DNA of 64,000 nt, taken from NCBI RefSeq assembly GCF_963921235.1, contig NC_086097.1, forward strand, positions 234,362,001 to 234,426,000, read 5' to 3'. Under the pieces are notes generated by a model. That model was given only the letters and a program-made list of their open reading frames with translations. It had not been told where the DNA came from and did not search any database. The translations under genes were made by a program, and so were the position numbers. Numbering within the stretch: position 1 is the first letter of the stretch; every line of letters starts with the position of its first letter. This document shows positions 11,676-25,674 of the stretch, one piece after another. This stretch comes from Mobula hypostoma. Lineage: Eukaryota.

Positions 11676-14335
11676 ATAGAACATAGAACATAGAATAGTA
11701 CAGCACAGTACAGGCCCTTCGGCCCACAATGTTGTGCCGACCCTCAAACCCTGCCTCCCATATAAGCCCCAACCTTAGATTCCTCCATATACCTGTCTAG
11801 TAGTCTCTTAAACTTCACTAGTGTATCTGCCTCCACCACTGACTCAGGCAGTGCATTCCACGCACCAACCACTCTCTGAGTAAAAAACCTTCCTCTAATA
11901 TCCCCCTTGAACTTCCCACCCCATAACTTAAAGCCATGTCCTCTTGTATTGAGCAGTGGTGCCCGGGGGAAGAGGCGCTGGCTATTCACTCTATCTATTC
12001 CTCTTATTATCTTGTACACCTCTATCATGTCTCCTCTCATCCTCCTTCTCCCCAAAGAGTAAAGCCCTACCTCCCTTAATCTCTGATCATAATGCATACT
12101 TTCTAAACCAGGCAGCATCCTGGTAAATCTCCTCTGTACCCTTTCCAATGCTTCCACATCCTTCCTATAGTGAGGTGACCAGAACTGGACACAGTACTCC
12201 AAGTGTGGCCTAACCAGAGTTTTATAGAGCTGCATCATTACATCGCGACTCTTAAACTCTACCCCTCGACTTATGAAAGCTAACACCCCATAAGCTTTCT
12301 TAACTGCCCTATCCACCTGTGAGGCAACTTTCAGGGATCTGTGGACATGTACCCCCAGACCCCTCTGCTCCTCCACAGTACCAAGTATCCTGCCGTTTAC
12401 TTTGTACTCTGTCTTGGAGTTTGTCCTTCCAAAGTGTACCACCTCACACTTCTCCGGGTTGAACTCCATCTGCCACTTCTCAACACACTTCTGCATCCTA
12501 TCAATGTCTCTCTGCAATCTTTGACAATCCTCTACACTATCTACAACACCACCAACCTTTGTGTCGTCTGCAAACTTGCCAACCCACCCTTCTACCCCCA
12601 CATCCTGATCGTTAATAAAAATTACGAAAAGTAGAGGTCCCAGAACAGATCCTTGTGGGACACTACTAGTCACAATCCTCCAATCTGAATGTACTCCCTC
12701 CACCACCACCCTCTGCCTTCTGCAGGCAAGCCAATTCTGAATCCACCTGGCCAAACTTCCCTGGATCCCATGCCTTCTAACTTTCTGAATAAGCCTACCA
12801 TGTGGAACCTTGTCAAATGCCTTACTAAGATCTATATAGATCACATCCACTGCACTACCCTCATCTATATGCCTGGTCACCTCCTCAAAGAACTCTATCA
12901 GGCTTGTTAGACACGATCTGCCCTTCACAAAGCCATGAAAACTGTCCCTGATCAGGCCATGATTCTCTAAATGCCCATACATCCTATCTCTAAGAATCTT
13001 TTCCAACAGCTTTCCCACCACAGACGTAAGGCTCACTGGTCTATAATTAACTGGACTATCCCTACTACCTTTTTTGAACAAGGAAACAACATTTGCCTCC
13101 CTCCAATCCTCCGATACCATTCCTGTGGACAATGAGGACATAAAGATCCTAGCCAGAGGCTCAGCAATCTCTTCTCTCGCCTCATGGAGCAGCCTGGGGA
13201 ATATTCCGTCAGGCCCCGGGGACTTATCTGTCCTAATGTATTTTAACAACTCCAACACCTCCTCTCCCTTAATATCAACATGCTCCAGAACATCAACCTC
13301 ACTCATATTGTCCTCACCATCATCAAGTTCCCTCTCATTGGTGAATACCGAAGAGGAGTATTCATTGAGGACCTCGCTCACTTCCACAGCCTCCAGGCAC
13401 ATCTTTCCACCTTTATCGCTAATCGGTCCTACCTTCACTCCTGTCACCATTTTTTATTCACATAATTGAAGAATGCCTTGGGGTTTTCCTTTACCCTACT
13501 CACCAAGGCCTTCTCATGCCCCCTTCTTGCTCTTCTCAGCCCCTTCTTAAGCTCCTTTCTTGCTTCCCTATATTCCTCAATAGACCCATCTGATCCTTGC
13601 TTCCTAAACCTCATGTATGCTGCCTTCTTCCTCCTGACTAGATTTTCCACCTCACTTATCACCCATGGTTCCATCACCCTACCATTCTTTATCTTCCTCA
13701 CCGGGACAAATTTATCCCTTACATCCCGCAAGAGATCGCTAAACATCGACCACATGTCCATAGCACACTTCCTTGCAAAAACATCATCCCAATTCACACC
13801 CGCAGTTCTAGCCTTATAGCCTCATAATTTGCCTTTCCCCAATTAAAACTTTTCCTGTCCTCTTTGATTCTATCCTTTTCCATGATATTTATAAAGGCCA
13901 GGGAGCGGTGGTCACTGTCCCCCAAATGCTCACCCACTGAGAGATCTGTGACCTGACCCGGTTCATTACCTAATACTAGATCTAGTATGGCATTCCCCCT
14001 GGTCGGCCTGTCCACATACTGTGACAGGAATCCATCCTGGACACACTTAACAAACTTTGCCCCATCTAAACCCTTGGAACTAATCAGGTTCCAGTCAATA
14101 TTAGGGAAGTTAAAGTCACCCATGATAACAACCCTGTTATTTTTGCACCTTTCCAAAATCTGCCTCCCAATCTGCTCCTCTGTATCTCTGATGCTACCAG
14201 GGGGCCTATAGAATACCCCTAATAGAGTAACTGCTCCCTTCCTGTTCCTGACTTCCACCCATATAGACTGAAAAGAGGATCCTGCTACATTACCCACCCT
14301 TTCTGTAGCTGTAATAGTATCCCTGACCACTAATA
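11676..14335 (-). mobile_element. CR1-clade LINE family B, 5'-truncated: APE endonuclease (partial) plus RT, with two frameshifts
   Basis: Endonuclease motifs GVFYRPP, MGDFNFPNIDW, LDLVL and SDH (13794-14330). The 568-aa RT ORF (11744-13450) contains FADD. The tail is (ttctatg)n, and cactaata occurs at both 11671-11678 and 14328-14335 (possible TSD). Confidence 0.95.
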
Positions 14336-14379
14336 CTTCTACTTTCTGAGGAGGTGGAATAGAGCTGGACGATGCACAT

Positions 14380-14975
14380 CAAAGCTCATGTCATTTTATA
14401 GATGCACAGTGGAGATCATGGTATGAAACACGTTGCATGGTATGAAATCTGCACTGTGGTGGACAGGAAGGCTATACAACATGTAGTCAAAACTGCCTAA
14501 CACTTCACCAGCACCAGGCTAATTTCCAGCAAGAACACATGCACAGAAAAATGCTGGAAAAAGGACTGCAATAACATGAAAGATGTCACCAACCTTGCTC
14601 AAGGAATGTTTGTTAGGGAAGAGGCTATATAGCATCCACACCAGGACCACCAGACTCAGAAACTGTGACTTGAAACAAGCAACCAGGCTGATCAACTCTT
14701 CCACCCAGACATCCACAACACCACACCCCTGCTCCACTACTGTGTCATTTCCTGTCACAGTCACCTTATCTACAGGGATTGTTGTACCTAGCATCACCTT
14801 ATACAATCAATCTATGTTTAGAGGCTCTCTTATGTTTGCATGTTTATTGCTTTTTTATTATTGTGTTTTTTACCTTATTGCATTTATTTATGCTGCTACA
14901 AATCCAGAGTAACAGTGATGTTGTTCTCCGTAACACTTGTGTACTAGAAATGACGTTAAACAATTTTGAATCTTG
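14380..14975 (+). mobile_element. Old Rex1/Babar-type 3' fragment
   Basis: GKRLYSIHTRTTRLRN..QATRLIN, with a (ttgaatc)n tail. Confidence 0.6.
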
Positions 14976-15055
14976 AATCACCTGGGCTGATGTTATGGGG
15001 AACTGAGGGAGGATTCCAGGCCTGGCATCCAAAAGCAATAAGGAAGCACCCTAGG

Positions 15056-15289
15056 TGTGGTAAACCATATATATATGTTGTAACTGGGTTACCTGTCTGG
15101 ACACACCTCTCTGCTGACTGCTCCTGTGGCTCCTCCCACAGACCCCTGAATAAAGGCGATTGTGCCATTGCTCCTCCTCTAGGTCCAGGGGCAGACATTC
15201 AGCATGATGGAGGTCACATTTTACCACTAATAAAAGCCTTTCAGTATTTACTCTACTTCCAGTCTTTTGGAGTTATTGATGGTGCATCA
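15056..15289 (+). mobile_element. Solo LTR (234 bp) with a 5-bp TSD
   Basis: TGTGG...GCATCA termini, flanked by CTAGG at 15051-15055 and 15290-15294, with internal AATAAA. A second copy lies inverted at 18370-18602. Confidence 0.85.
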
Positions 15290-15539
15290 CTAGGTCTGGT
15301 ATCCAGGAGCACTGAGGGGCCATCCTACGTTTAATATCTGAGACTACTGATGGAGCAGCCCAGGTTTGATCCTGTGGAGTACCAAAGCATTGTTTGGGCA
15401 CCAGTTCTGTCTTTTTCGTTTGATCACCAGGCAATGCTGATGGACAACTATTTGGTAAGTGTTGTAGAATTCTATATTTTGTGTCCCTGTTCTATAACCT
15501 TTAGTATTATTGATCATGTGAACACGTACTGAACTGGTG

Positions 15540-15720
15540 GATCTGAGGAACCTGCCAGAATTTGAACCGTTGCTCCTCCACCCTGAGAGTGGCCTCTGTG
15601 GTAAAAAAGGAGACCATGGACCAACAAGCCAGAACAAAAATGGCGATAGGAATTAAAATTGTCGGCCACCAGGAAATTCTGCTTTTGTCAGATGGAGCAG
15701 AGATACTTAACAAAGTAAAT
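15540..15720 (-). mobile_element. Degenerate Penelope GIY-YIG C-terminal fragment
   Basis: EATLRVEEQ resembles EATLKLEEQ of 7560-8490. Confidence 0.55.
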
Positions 15721-17529
15721 TGGTCAGAAACTGGGATGGATACCTGCAGCATCCAGGCACTCATGTGTGTATTGCTAAAAATTTTCAGCATTTTCAGAAT
15801 CTCTTGCGCTTCTAAAGACCTGTGGAGCCCCAGGCTGAGTCAGACTCCCTAGCAGTGGTTATACTTTCGCTGGTCTAGAGGTCTTCAAACAAACAGCAAA
15901 TGATTTGCAACAACGTATCTTGGCAGAATAGCAATGAAGCATAGTGTGGATCACTCACCTACATAAAGACCAAGATTTTTGAGATCCAGGTATCACAGTG
16001 AGTCTTTTACCTTGCCAGTGAACAATCTGTCAAAAATTGGGATGGCTTCCAATAAGCCACTCTGACGATTCAGCTACCTTTGGGCCAAAAAAACAAAGGT
16101 AGGCATTGACAATCACTCCTGTAATGGGCAGACAGTCCAGCCCAATATGCCCGCTTAATTCCTGAAATTTCAAGTCACAAAGTTCACCCTCAATTGATGA
16201 AAAATTATGTCCAATCCCTGAATCTTAAATGTTTCTATGCATTTCCTTTGTTGAATCTCAAAACACAGCAATTTTATTGTTCCCTATTCATTGCCATCAT
16301 CAAAGGGTCACTCAAGAAAATATCTTCCCAGATACCAAGTTCAGTCATGCTTGTTCTGATTTGGATTACAATATTTAATTTTTATCCTGCATATGAAACA
16401 AAGGAAAACTGCAGGGGTGGGGGCTTTATTTCTGATGTTTCCAATGCTATCGTAAACCAACACTCATTTTTTAAAAAAGTAGTTGGTACTAGCTTATTCA
16501 TTTCAAGATATTTGGGCGATGGAGGCATTAGACTAGTGATAAATATAAATGTAAAGTCTGTTATTACTGCTGCTGCTATGGACCAACTGCTTATCTACGA
16601 TTGAGCACCAGGTCACTTCCTATATTATATAGAAACCCAGAAAAATTCATTTGCGATGTCATAGAAGAAAGTAATGAAAACAACTAAATCTAGACTGCTT
16701 TATTACCTTAATAGTCGTCAGAGAAATATTCATTTAATACGAATTGATTGGAGACAGTAGAAGGTTATACAATTTCGACAGCAGTAAATACTTTTCTCTT
16801 CAAGCATTTTGAATTAATTTACAGTCTGATATCCAAAGCACTTTACCCTCTATAGTGATTGAAGAACATCTAATTGAGGTCCATAAAATCCCCAACTGAT
16901 TAGATAAGTAATTTTTATTGGTTCTTGAATTATAATGATAAGTCAGGTAATGAATCTTTTCAACATTCTTATTTCCTAGAGCAATTTATCTTTATCATAA
17001 GGAATGGCATTTGAAAGGCTCGGAACCACATAGCTTTATAATTTAAAAGTTATTCTCAAAATGGAAATAATTAAATAACATAAGCTGTTAATGTGCTGAA
17101 ATCTGAGATGTAACTGCAAGGTCACCTTGAATAAAATCTGCTGGATGAAACTTTGAATTTTAGCTGAAGAGTGAAGTGGGCAGTAACACCTCCACCATCC
17201 ACTAAATACCAATTAAGGTTAACTGGGATGAGTAAATGATGTCTGCTCACTATCCATTTTATGACAGCCGGTGTGTGGATGATTATGTCCTTCTGGTGAC
17301 CAGTTCCCTCCCATATTCCAGAGGCATATGCTTAGGGCAATGGTTATTAGATTTTTGACATGCTATGGTGACACTTGCAGACGTCTTCCAGCACATTCGT
17401 CACTGATTTGATTTGATGCAAATTAATTTGATTACACTTGGCCTTTGTGACTTGCACAGCAAATGGTTCTCTCTCTCTTGAACGCCAGACTGACGCTTGC
17501 CAAATTCATGCTTTTCCCAAGTGACGGTA

Positions 17530-18645
17530 AGAGCATAAAGTTATAGGTGCAGAAGTAGGCCATTTGGCCCATCGTGTCTGCTCCACCATTTCATCATGAC
17601 TGATCTATTTCCCTCTTAACCACATTCTCCTACCTTCTCCACATAATCTTTCATGCCCTGACTAATCAGGAACCTATCAACCTCCATCTTAAATGCACCC
17701 AGTGACCTGGCCTCCACAGGCAGCTGTGGTCAGGAATTCCACAGATTCACCATCTTCTGGCAAAAGAAATTCATCCTGTTCTAAGTGTTCTAAATGGATG
17801 TCCCTCTATTTTGTGGATGTGTCCTTTGGTCCTAGACTCACCCACCAAATGAAACATCCTCTAGGCCTTTCAACATTTGACAGGTTTCAATGAGCTCTCC
17901 CCTTATTCTTCTAAATTCCAGCTAGAAGGGGCCCAGAGACTTCAATCGCTGCTCATATCATAATCCTTTCAACCTCCTCTGATCCCTCTCAAATATCAAC
18001 ACATCCTTTCTTAGATAAGGGGCCCAAAACTAATCACAATACTCCAAGTGAGGCCTCACCAACACCTTATACATCCTTGGCATTACATCCCTGCTTTTAT
18101 ATTCTGGTCCTCTTGAAACAAATGCCAAGATTGCGTTCACCCTCCTCACCATTGATTCAATCTGCAAATTATCCTCTGGAGAATCCTGCATGAGGAGTCC
18201 AAATCCCTTTGTATCTCAGATTTTTGAAAGTTCTCCCCATTAAGTAAATAGTCTACAGTTTTATTCCTTCTACCAAATTGTGTGTCCATATACATCCCAA
18301 CACTTCATTCCATCTTCCAACTCTTTGCCCATTCTCCTCTGTCTTTGTTTCATCTGAAAACTTGGCCACTGATGCACTATCAATTACTCCAAAAGACTGG
18401 AAGTAGAGTAAATACTGAAAGGCTTTTATTAACAGTAAATGATCACGTGTCCATGCTGAGTATCTGCCCCTGGACTGAGAGGAGGAGCAGTGGCACAGTC
18501 GCCTTTATTCGGGGGTCTGTGGGAGGAGCCACAGGAGCAGTCAACAGAGGGGCGTGTCCAGGCAGGTAACCCAGTTACAACATATATATGTGGTTTACCA
18601 CAGGTCGCAAAGCCATCTGTTCTGTCATCCAAATCACTGACATAT
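17530..18645 (-). mobile_element. Old CR1 3' portion, interrupted by a solo LTR
   Basis: CR1-type 3' UTR and RT C-terminus. The sequence aaacttggccac continues as aaagccatc across the LTR. Confidence 0.7.
18370..18602 (-). mobile_element. Solo LTR, same family as 15056-15289
   Basis: Reverse complement of 15056-15289 (tgatgcac...ggtttaccaca). The flanks ggccac/ggtcgc may be a decayed TSD. Confidence 0.85.
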
Positions 18646-18759
18646 TAAAAATCTAATCCCTTACATTGAGTGTGATACTGGTTTCAGCCAATTTAAACCC
18701 CTGGCACTAGGAGCATACTGACATTATTCTACTTACTTTCATTAGGGATACAAATGAAA

Positions 18760-18965
18760 TACAGGCCCTTCTGACCCTATGAGCCCACACTGCCCAATTA
18801 CATCCACGTGACCAATTAGCTCAAATGTCTTTGGAATGTGGGAGGAAACCAGAGCATCCGGAGGAAACCCATGTGTTTATGGGTAGAACGTATAAACTCC
18901 CTGTTGATTTCAACCCAGATCACTGTAATAACATTATACTAACCACTACTTTACTGTGTCGCCCC
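18760..18965 (-). mobile_element. V-SINE/HE1-like tRNA-derived SINE; further copies near 5740-5870, 25505-25660 plus 26155-26215, 26430-26550, 51130-51270 and 60528-60660 (+)
   Basis: Core tgtctttggaatgtgggaggaaaccagagcatccggaggaaaccca...gagaacgtataaactcc is characteristic of V-SINEs. Confidence 0.65.
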
Positions 18966-20964
18966 CACTCTTTGACAGAAATGCATTCAGTGCCTGACAG
19001 AGATACTTAAATGTCATTCAGATTTAAATAAATAAAAATAAATATTTTTAAGAATATTTCAAAATTATCTTAAAACAGCTTATATGCTAAGAACTTAAAA
19101 CATGATAATAACTTTAAAAAGAAATCAGTAAATTTATTTCCTGCACTTAGATCTTTCGATTGGAACCGTAACACTATACCAATGAATAAATTGGCAGTTT
19201 ATATGTCAGTTCCATTTGGAACAGTATTGCTCCTCTTTGCATCAGTTCACAGTGCTGGACTGAATGGTGAGCTTGGTACTGGAATGACAGGTCAACTGTG
19301 TTGTCACCTGGCTTCTAGCTTCTCTCACGACTCCAATGTTTGACTGCGCATGTGGAGAAATTTCAGAAATGCTCCACAACAAGAAGCATACAGTCCGAGT
19401 GGTTCTGTGTCCACCATCATCACTTATTCAAAGCACTTGGAGCTCACAGCAGTGAAGACGCTCACAATGCCACGCCTGTGCTCTGCCACATTGGGCCACA
19501 GGGTTTCAGCCTGAGCAAAGGCCAGGAAATCAGATCTGAACAAGAAAGATGATTCATGCTGGCTGCATGCATAGGCAGCTTATCCTCCTGCAAAGTGAAA
19601 CTTCATAAAAAGTGTTATTGAATAAAGGATGAAAGCAGATGAAATATGAAAGTTTGTTGAAAAAGGTTTATTTTCTATGAATTATGTATACAACCAACTA
19701 ATGAAAATGATAACAACATGAATCATATGGATGAATGATATTTCCTTACTTTGTACCGTTGCGTCTACAACCTGAATACCTCAAGTAGAGTTCATTTCAA
19801 ACTTGAATGATTCCACTGACTTCTTGGTAAAATATTGATTCTTTTACATACTGCCTGTTACAGCACTGTAGTAACAGTGTAATTGAGGGCATCATTGAAG
19901 GTCTTCCATCTCTGGTGGTATTCAGGGCTTCCTTCATCGTGGCAGTAGATTCCTCTCTGTATTTACTACTGTCAGTCATGCAAGCCTTGGGTGAAGACTC
20001 AGGAATACCGTCGCCTCAGATTCCTTGTTGCTATTTTCATAATAATTTTGTTTGACCTATTAGGGTCAAACAAACATTGAACCTGGAAGACCGGTGGACC
20101 ACTCTCAGTCTGGCCTCTATCCTTAGACTTGTCTGGCATGGGTGACCTTACAAAGAGCCAAAGCGTAATGCCCTGACTCCAGCCAGCATAGCTGTCCAGG
20201 TCATTGAGACAAGCACGCCTCCAAACCATAACAGCGTTGTGGTCCTCTTGGTGGAAAATATCGATTACTCATGGAAGAAAAAGTGACATGCTCAGATGAG
20301 TCATCCAATTCAATTGTTTTAATGTTTCATCAACCATATCTTCTTACTCGTAAACTCTGTATCACAGACTAAAAGTCTTTTTCTTCTGGTTTTTGGGTTG
20401 GAACCTTTATTGCCCAGGGCAAACACCGAGCCTTGTGCTACCTCTGCATTTCAAACACACATCTGAGGGTTTCTCTGAGTGAAGCCAGAGTGAGCTTATC
20501 CAAAGGAACTGAACACCTTCAAAGGCCCTGTGAATAGACAGTGTTGTCAGCATGCTTTTGAACACTTTCTCACTAAACTATGAAGCAGTAAATGGAAGAA
20601 ACAGAGATTGAAAGGAAGAAAAGCTGTAATTCCGACTGATTCTCAGAAGAATAATTATATATTTCAAAGTATTAGCAGGATGAGTATCGTATCTGGAAGA
20701 TGTCCAATTGAATTGTAAAGAAACTAACCTGGAGCCAGTTTTATAAATACCTGTAATTAAGAACTGGACAAGCTGAGCGATGTCCACAGCATGTCGACTT
20801 GCTTTCAGGGACTCCGCTTTTGGCTTTTCATAGATTCTGTCGCATTTCTTTATTTACCTGTGGGTGCCTGTGAATCTCAAGGTTGTATATGGTAGGCTAT
20901 TTTTATAATAAATTTTCTTTGAACTTTGAATTTTTGCTTTATGTTTATTTCTTGATATCAATAC

Positions 20965-21495
20965 AGGTAAGTGTGTGATGATGCATTTTAGGAAGTCAAA
21001 GCTATGGAAGCACTTGCACTATGAACGGTAGGGCACTAATGAGGGTATTGGAGAAGATGATCCTATGAGTACAAGGTTGACAGGGTAGTGAAAAAAGGCA
21101 CCCAGCACGCTGGTCTTCATCAATCAGGGCACTGAGTATAGGAGTTGGGACATTACGTTGCAGTTGTATAAGTCATTGGTGAAGTCATTCCTGGAGTACT
21201 ATTTGGTCACCTAAAATAGGAAAGACGCAGTTAAACTGCAAAGAGAGCAGAAAAGATTTAAGTGGATATTTCCATGACTAGAAAGTCTGAGTTATAGGGA
21301 GAGGTTGGCCAGGACAGAATGGTGTGCTGCCTTACAGAAATGTTTTAAACTATGTGTATTTACTGTAAGGTAGATGGCAGCAGACTTTTCCACAGGGTAG
21401 AGAGACCAAAGCTAGAGGGCATAGATTTAGGGTGAGAGGGGATAGATATAAAAGGGAAAAGAAGGATATTTTCACACAGAGGGTGGTGAATACAA
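20965..21495 (+). mobile_element. Old CR1 3' fragment that resumes at about 23545-23730
   Basis: Degenerate gtgatgcattttaggaag...ttttcacacagagggtggtgaa. The continuation gtggttgaggcagacac...tttaagaag follows two Rex insertions. Confidence 0.6.
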
Positions 21496-21499
21496 ACAA

Positions 21500-22550
21500 C
21501 GTTCCCTGGTATCACAGATTCTTGATTACCTGACTGGCAGACCACAGTACGTGTGCTTGCAACACTGTGTATCCGACAGAGTGATCAGCAGCACTGGGGC
21601 TCCACAGGGGACTGTCTTGTCTCCCTTTCTCTTCACTATTTACACCTCGGACTTCAACTACTGCACAGAGTCTTGTCATCTTCAGAAGTTTTCTGATGAC
21701 TCTACCATAGTTGGATGCATCAGCAAGGGAAATGAGGCTGAGTACAGGGCTGCGGTAGGAAACTTTGTCACATGGTGTGAGCAGAATTATCTGCAGCTTA
21801 ATGTGAAAAAGACTAAGGAGCTGGTAGTAGACCTGAGGAGAGCTAAGGTACCGGCGACCCCTGTTTCCATCCAGGGGGACAGTGTGGACATGGTGGAGGA
21901 TTACAAATACCTGGGGATACGAATTGACAATAAACTGGACTGGTCTAAGAACACTGAGGCTGTCTACAAGAAGGGTCAGAGCCGTCTCTATTTCCTGAGG
22001 AGACTGAGGTCCTTTAACATCTGCCAGACGATGCTGAGGATGTTCTACGAGTCTGTAGTGGCCAGTGCTATCATGTTTGCTGTTGTGTGCTGGGGCAGCA
22101 GGCTGAGGGTAGCAGACACCAACAGAATCAACAAACTCATTCGTAAGGCCAGTGATGTTGTGGGGATGGAACTGGACTCTCTCACGGTGGTGTCTGAAAA
22201 GAGGATGCTGTCTAAGTTGCATGCCATCTTGGTCAATGTCTCCCATCCACTACATAATGTACTGGGTGGGCACAGGAGTACATTCAGCCAGAGACTCATT
22301 CCACCGAGATGCAGCACTGAGCGTCATAGGAAGTCATTCCTGCCTGTGGCCATCAAACTTTACAACTCCTCCCTTAGAGGGTCAGACACCCTGAGCCGAT
22401 AGGCTGGTCCTGGATTTATTCCATAATTTACTGGCATAATTTACATAATACTATTTAACTATTTATGGTTATATTACTATTTATTATTTATGGTGCAACT
22501 GTAACAAAAACTAATTTCCCCCAGGATCAATAAAGCATGACTACGACTAT
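21500..22550 (+). mobile_element. Rex1/Babar LINE, 5'-truncated, with an open RT C-terminal frame (young)
   Basis: STGAPQGTVLSPFLFTIYTSD, KFSDDS, LNVKKTKELVVD, YKYLG, RLYFLRRLRSF, SFLPVAIKLYN. AATAAA is followed by a short gacta-type tail. Confidence 0.9.
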
Positions 22551-23530
22551 AAAATAAAATTCATTATCAATGTGCAGGTATGACACCATATACTGTTCAA
22601 CTCTAAGATTTGTTTTCTTGCAAGCATACTCAATAAATCCAACAAGCATAATGGAGTCAATGAAAGACAGCATGCAACAGGACAGACAAACAACAAACTG
22701 TGCAAATACCAAAGAAAAAAAAGAAATATTAATAAAAAAATAAGCAATAAATATCAAGAATATAAGATAAAGATTCCTTGAAAGTGAGTCTATAGAGTGA
22801 AGTTATCCCGATTGGTTCAAGAATCTGATGTTTTAAGGTAATAAGTGTTCCTGAACCTGGTGGTGAGGGTCCTGAGACTGCCGTACCTTCTTCCTGATGA
22901 CAGGAGCAAGAAGACAGCATGGCTTGGGTGGTGGGCATCCTTGATGATGAACGTTGCTTTCCTGTAACAGTGCTCCTTACTGATGTGCACATTGGTGGGG
23001 AGGGTTTTACCCTTTACTGGGCCATATCAACTACTTTTTGTAAGGTTTCCCATTTAAGGGCATTGGTCGTTCCATACCAGGCCGAGATGCAACCCGTCAA
23101 CATACTCTCCGCCACACTTCTCTAGAAGTTTGTCAAAGTTTTAGATGTCATGCCGAATCTTTGCATACAGCCAAGGAAGTAAAGGCGCTGCCATGCTTTC
23201 TTTATAATTGCATTTATGTGCTAGGCCCAAGACAGATGATCTGAAATAATATCAATGAGGAATTTAAAGCTGCTGACTCTCTCCACCTCTGATCCCCCAT
23301 TGAGGACTGACTCACGGACTTGAAGTTTCCTCCTCCTGAGGCCAATAATCAACCCCTTGATCTTGTTGACAATGAGTGAGAGGCTGTTGTTGTGGCACCA
23401 CTCAGCTAGATTTTCAATCTCTCTCCTATATACAGATTTGTCACTACCTTTGTTTCAGCCAATGACAGTAATATCATCAGCAAACTTCTAGATACGTATG
23501 ACTTTAGAGCTGTGCTTAGCCTCATAGGTG
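22551..23530 (-). mobile_element. Older Rex1/Babar LINE 3' portion
   Basis: The minus strand has aagtttgctgatga (KFADD), gtgccacaacaacagcctctcactc and the usual Rex 3' end. Confidence 0.75.
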
Positions 23531-24249
23531 AGGAGCTGGAACACGCAACCAGAAGAAGTGGTTGAGGCAGACACAATGGTGTCATTTAAGAAGCAGTTAG
23601 GTTCCCAGAGGGCAGTGCTTAGAGAGATGTTGGCCAAGCTTGGAATTGGAACTAGCGGATGGACGCCATTCATCGGCCTGGGCTTGTTTGCCTGACGGGC
23701 CAGCATCCTTACTATATTGCGCTCTGACTTTATGTAGTACTCCATTGGCTTTTGGTTATTTCATCAGAGTCTTGACACCAACATTTAAAAAAGTACAATT
23801 CGTAACTATTCATTTTTGAAATGTTCACTCTGTTACTTTTAGAAGAATTCATTTGTTCAAAGTTCGAAGTAAATTTATTATCAAAGTACGCATACATCAT
23901 CATATAATACCCTGAGATCCATTTTCTTGCAGGCATTCACAGCAGCTCAAAAATATACAATTGAATCAAGGAAAGACTACACACAAACAAGTCTGACAAA
24001 TAACCAAAGGGCAAATAAGTAAATAAATAATACTGTGAATATGGGTTATTTGGTCCTTGAACATGAGTCCATAGGTTGTGGAATGACAGATTATTAAGAC
24101 AAAGCAGCCTACGGGTGTTAGTAAAGAATAAGGCTGAAGCTGTTGAAATTTCAAAGCTCCAAAAATATTATGTAAACAATTGTATGAAATATCAGTTTAG
24201 AAATCATGCTCTTTAGAAAGAAATATTCAAAGTCCAGAAACTTCAGAGT

Positions 24250-24835
24250 ATTCACTCAGTGGCCTCTTTATTAGGTACAGCTGTTCACCTGCTTATTATT
24301 GCAAATATATAATCAACTAATTGTGTAGCAGCAATCAATGCATATAGACATACAAATGGTCAAGAGGTTCAGTTGTGTTAGACCAAACATCAGAACGGGG
24401 AACAAACGTGTTCTAAGTAACTTTGACTGTGGAATGATTGTTAGTGCCAGATAGGATGGTTTGAGTATCTCAGAAACTGCTGATCTTCTGGGATTTTGGT
24501 GCACAGCATGATGTGATAAACAAAACAAAAACTGGTGAACAGCAGCTCTGTGGGTGAAAATGTCTTGCTAACGAGAGCGTTAAGAGGAGAATGGCTAGAC
24601 TGGTTCAAGCTGACAGTAACTAAGATAACCATGCTTTGCCTGGCCGGCTGAGTTCCTTCAGCATTTTGTGCGTGTTGCTCAGATTTCCAGCATCTGCAGA
24701 TTTTCTCTTGTTGGTGAATGCATTGCAACAGTGGTGTCCAGAAGAGCATCTCTGAATGCCCAGCTCATTGATGGGATACAACAGCAGAAGACTACAGCAG
24801 ATACCCAAAAAGTGGCCACTGGAGACAGCGTAAAC
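24250..24835. mobile_element. Non-autonomous Tc1/mariner-like DNA element, with an internal Penelope-derived snippet at about 24635-24710
   Basis: Left end cactcagtggcctctttattaggtaca and right end aaaagtggccactg. The same family occurs at 37075-39205. Confidence 0.55.
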
Positions 24836-25674
24836 AGGAGTTAAATATTATAGGTAAAACTAATGACTCACATTAAAGTTACATAGCTGTTGCTCAGTAC
24901 ACCTACTGTGCACAAAACAGGTTTGAGTTAGCTGAAGATACTGGGGTTTAACTGACAATAGAGCCTCTGATTCATGAACCATGGTTACAGTGTCCCCTTG
25001 GACTAGCAGTTCGGACAGCAAAACGTTGTTATCAGGAATCAGATGAGTTTGCTTTCTCCTTTTGGATTGAAGCTGATGCAAGCGCATCAATATACTATAA
25101 GCTAACCTGCTTGAAAGCAACACTGTGTGAAATTCCATCTTGGACTGACGCCATTATTCTGACTGAAATGAATGATTGATCCAACTGATAGATAATTCTA
25201 ACATTAAACAAAGCTACTGCAGAAGGAGACCATGCTAGGAATAATAACAACCAGATGGATGGGAGTAACTTTTAAATAGAGACATTAGCCAAGAAGTACA
25301 ATTGCCAAACAGCTTCTTGTCAGCAGTATGCATCTGGAAACTAACTTCTCCTGAAGTGCAAATGTGGTTATAACCATCTCTGGGTCACTTTGGAAAATCA
25401 GCCAAGCACTTCCTGTAAAGATTAACCTTTGGAAACCAGAAGTGATATTTACATCAATGAAGTTTGGAGGATAACTTATTTACTTTTATTTTGAGATTCA
25501 GTATGTAACAGGCCCTTCCAGCCCAGCCAGCCTATTCTGCCCAATAACACACATGTGACCAATTAACCTACAAACCCCTCCCCCCCATACGTCTTTAGAA
25601 TGTGCAAGGAAACGGGGGCACCCGTAGTGAACCCTCACAGTCATGAGGATAGCATACACACTCATACAATAATA

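Noticed and set aside
16194..16604. 136-aa ORF and other short non-repeat ORFs as host exons
   Set aside because: Non-ATG or weak starts, low-information composition, no recognisable domains and no convincing splice pattern. Small exons cannot be excluded by eye.
15056..18602. Inverted repeats as the ends of one DIRS-like element or DNA transposon
   Set aside because: The first copy has its own TSD, the second interrupts a continuous CR1, and the interior has no recombinase, transposase or RT belonging to such an element.
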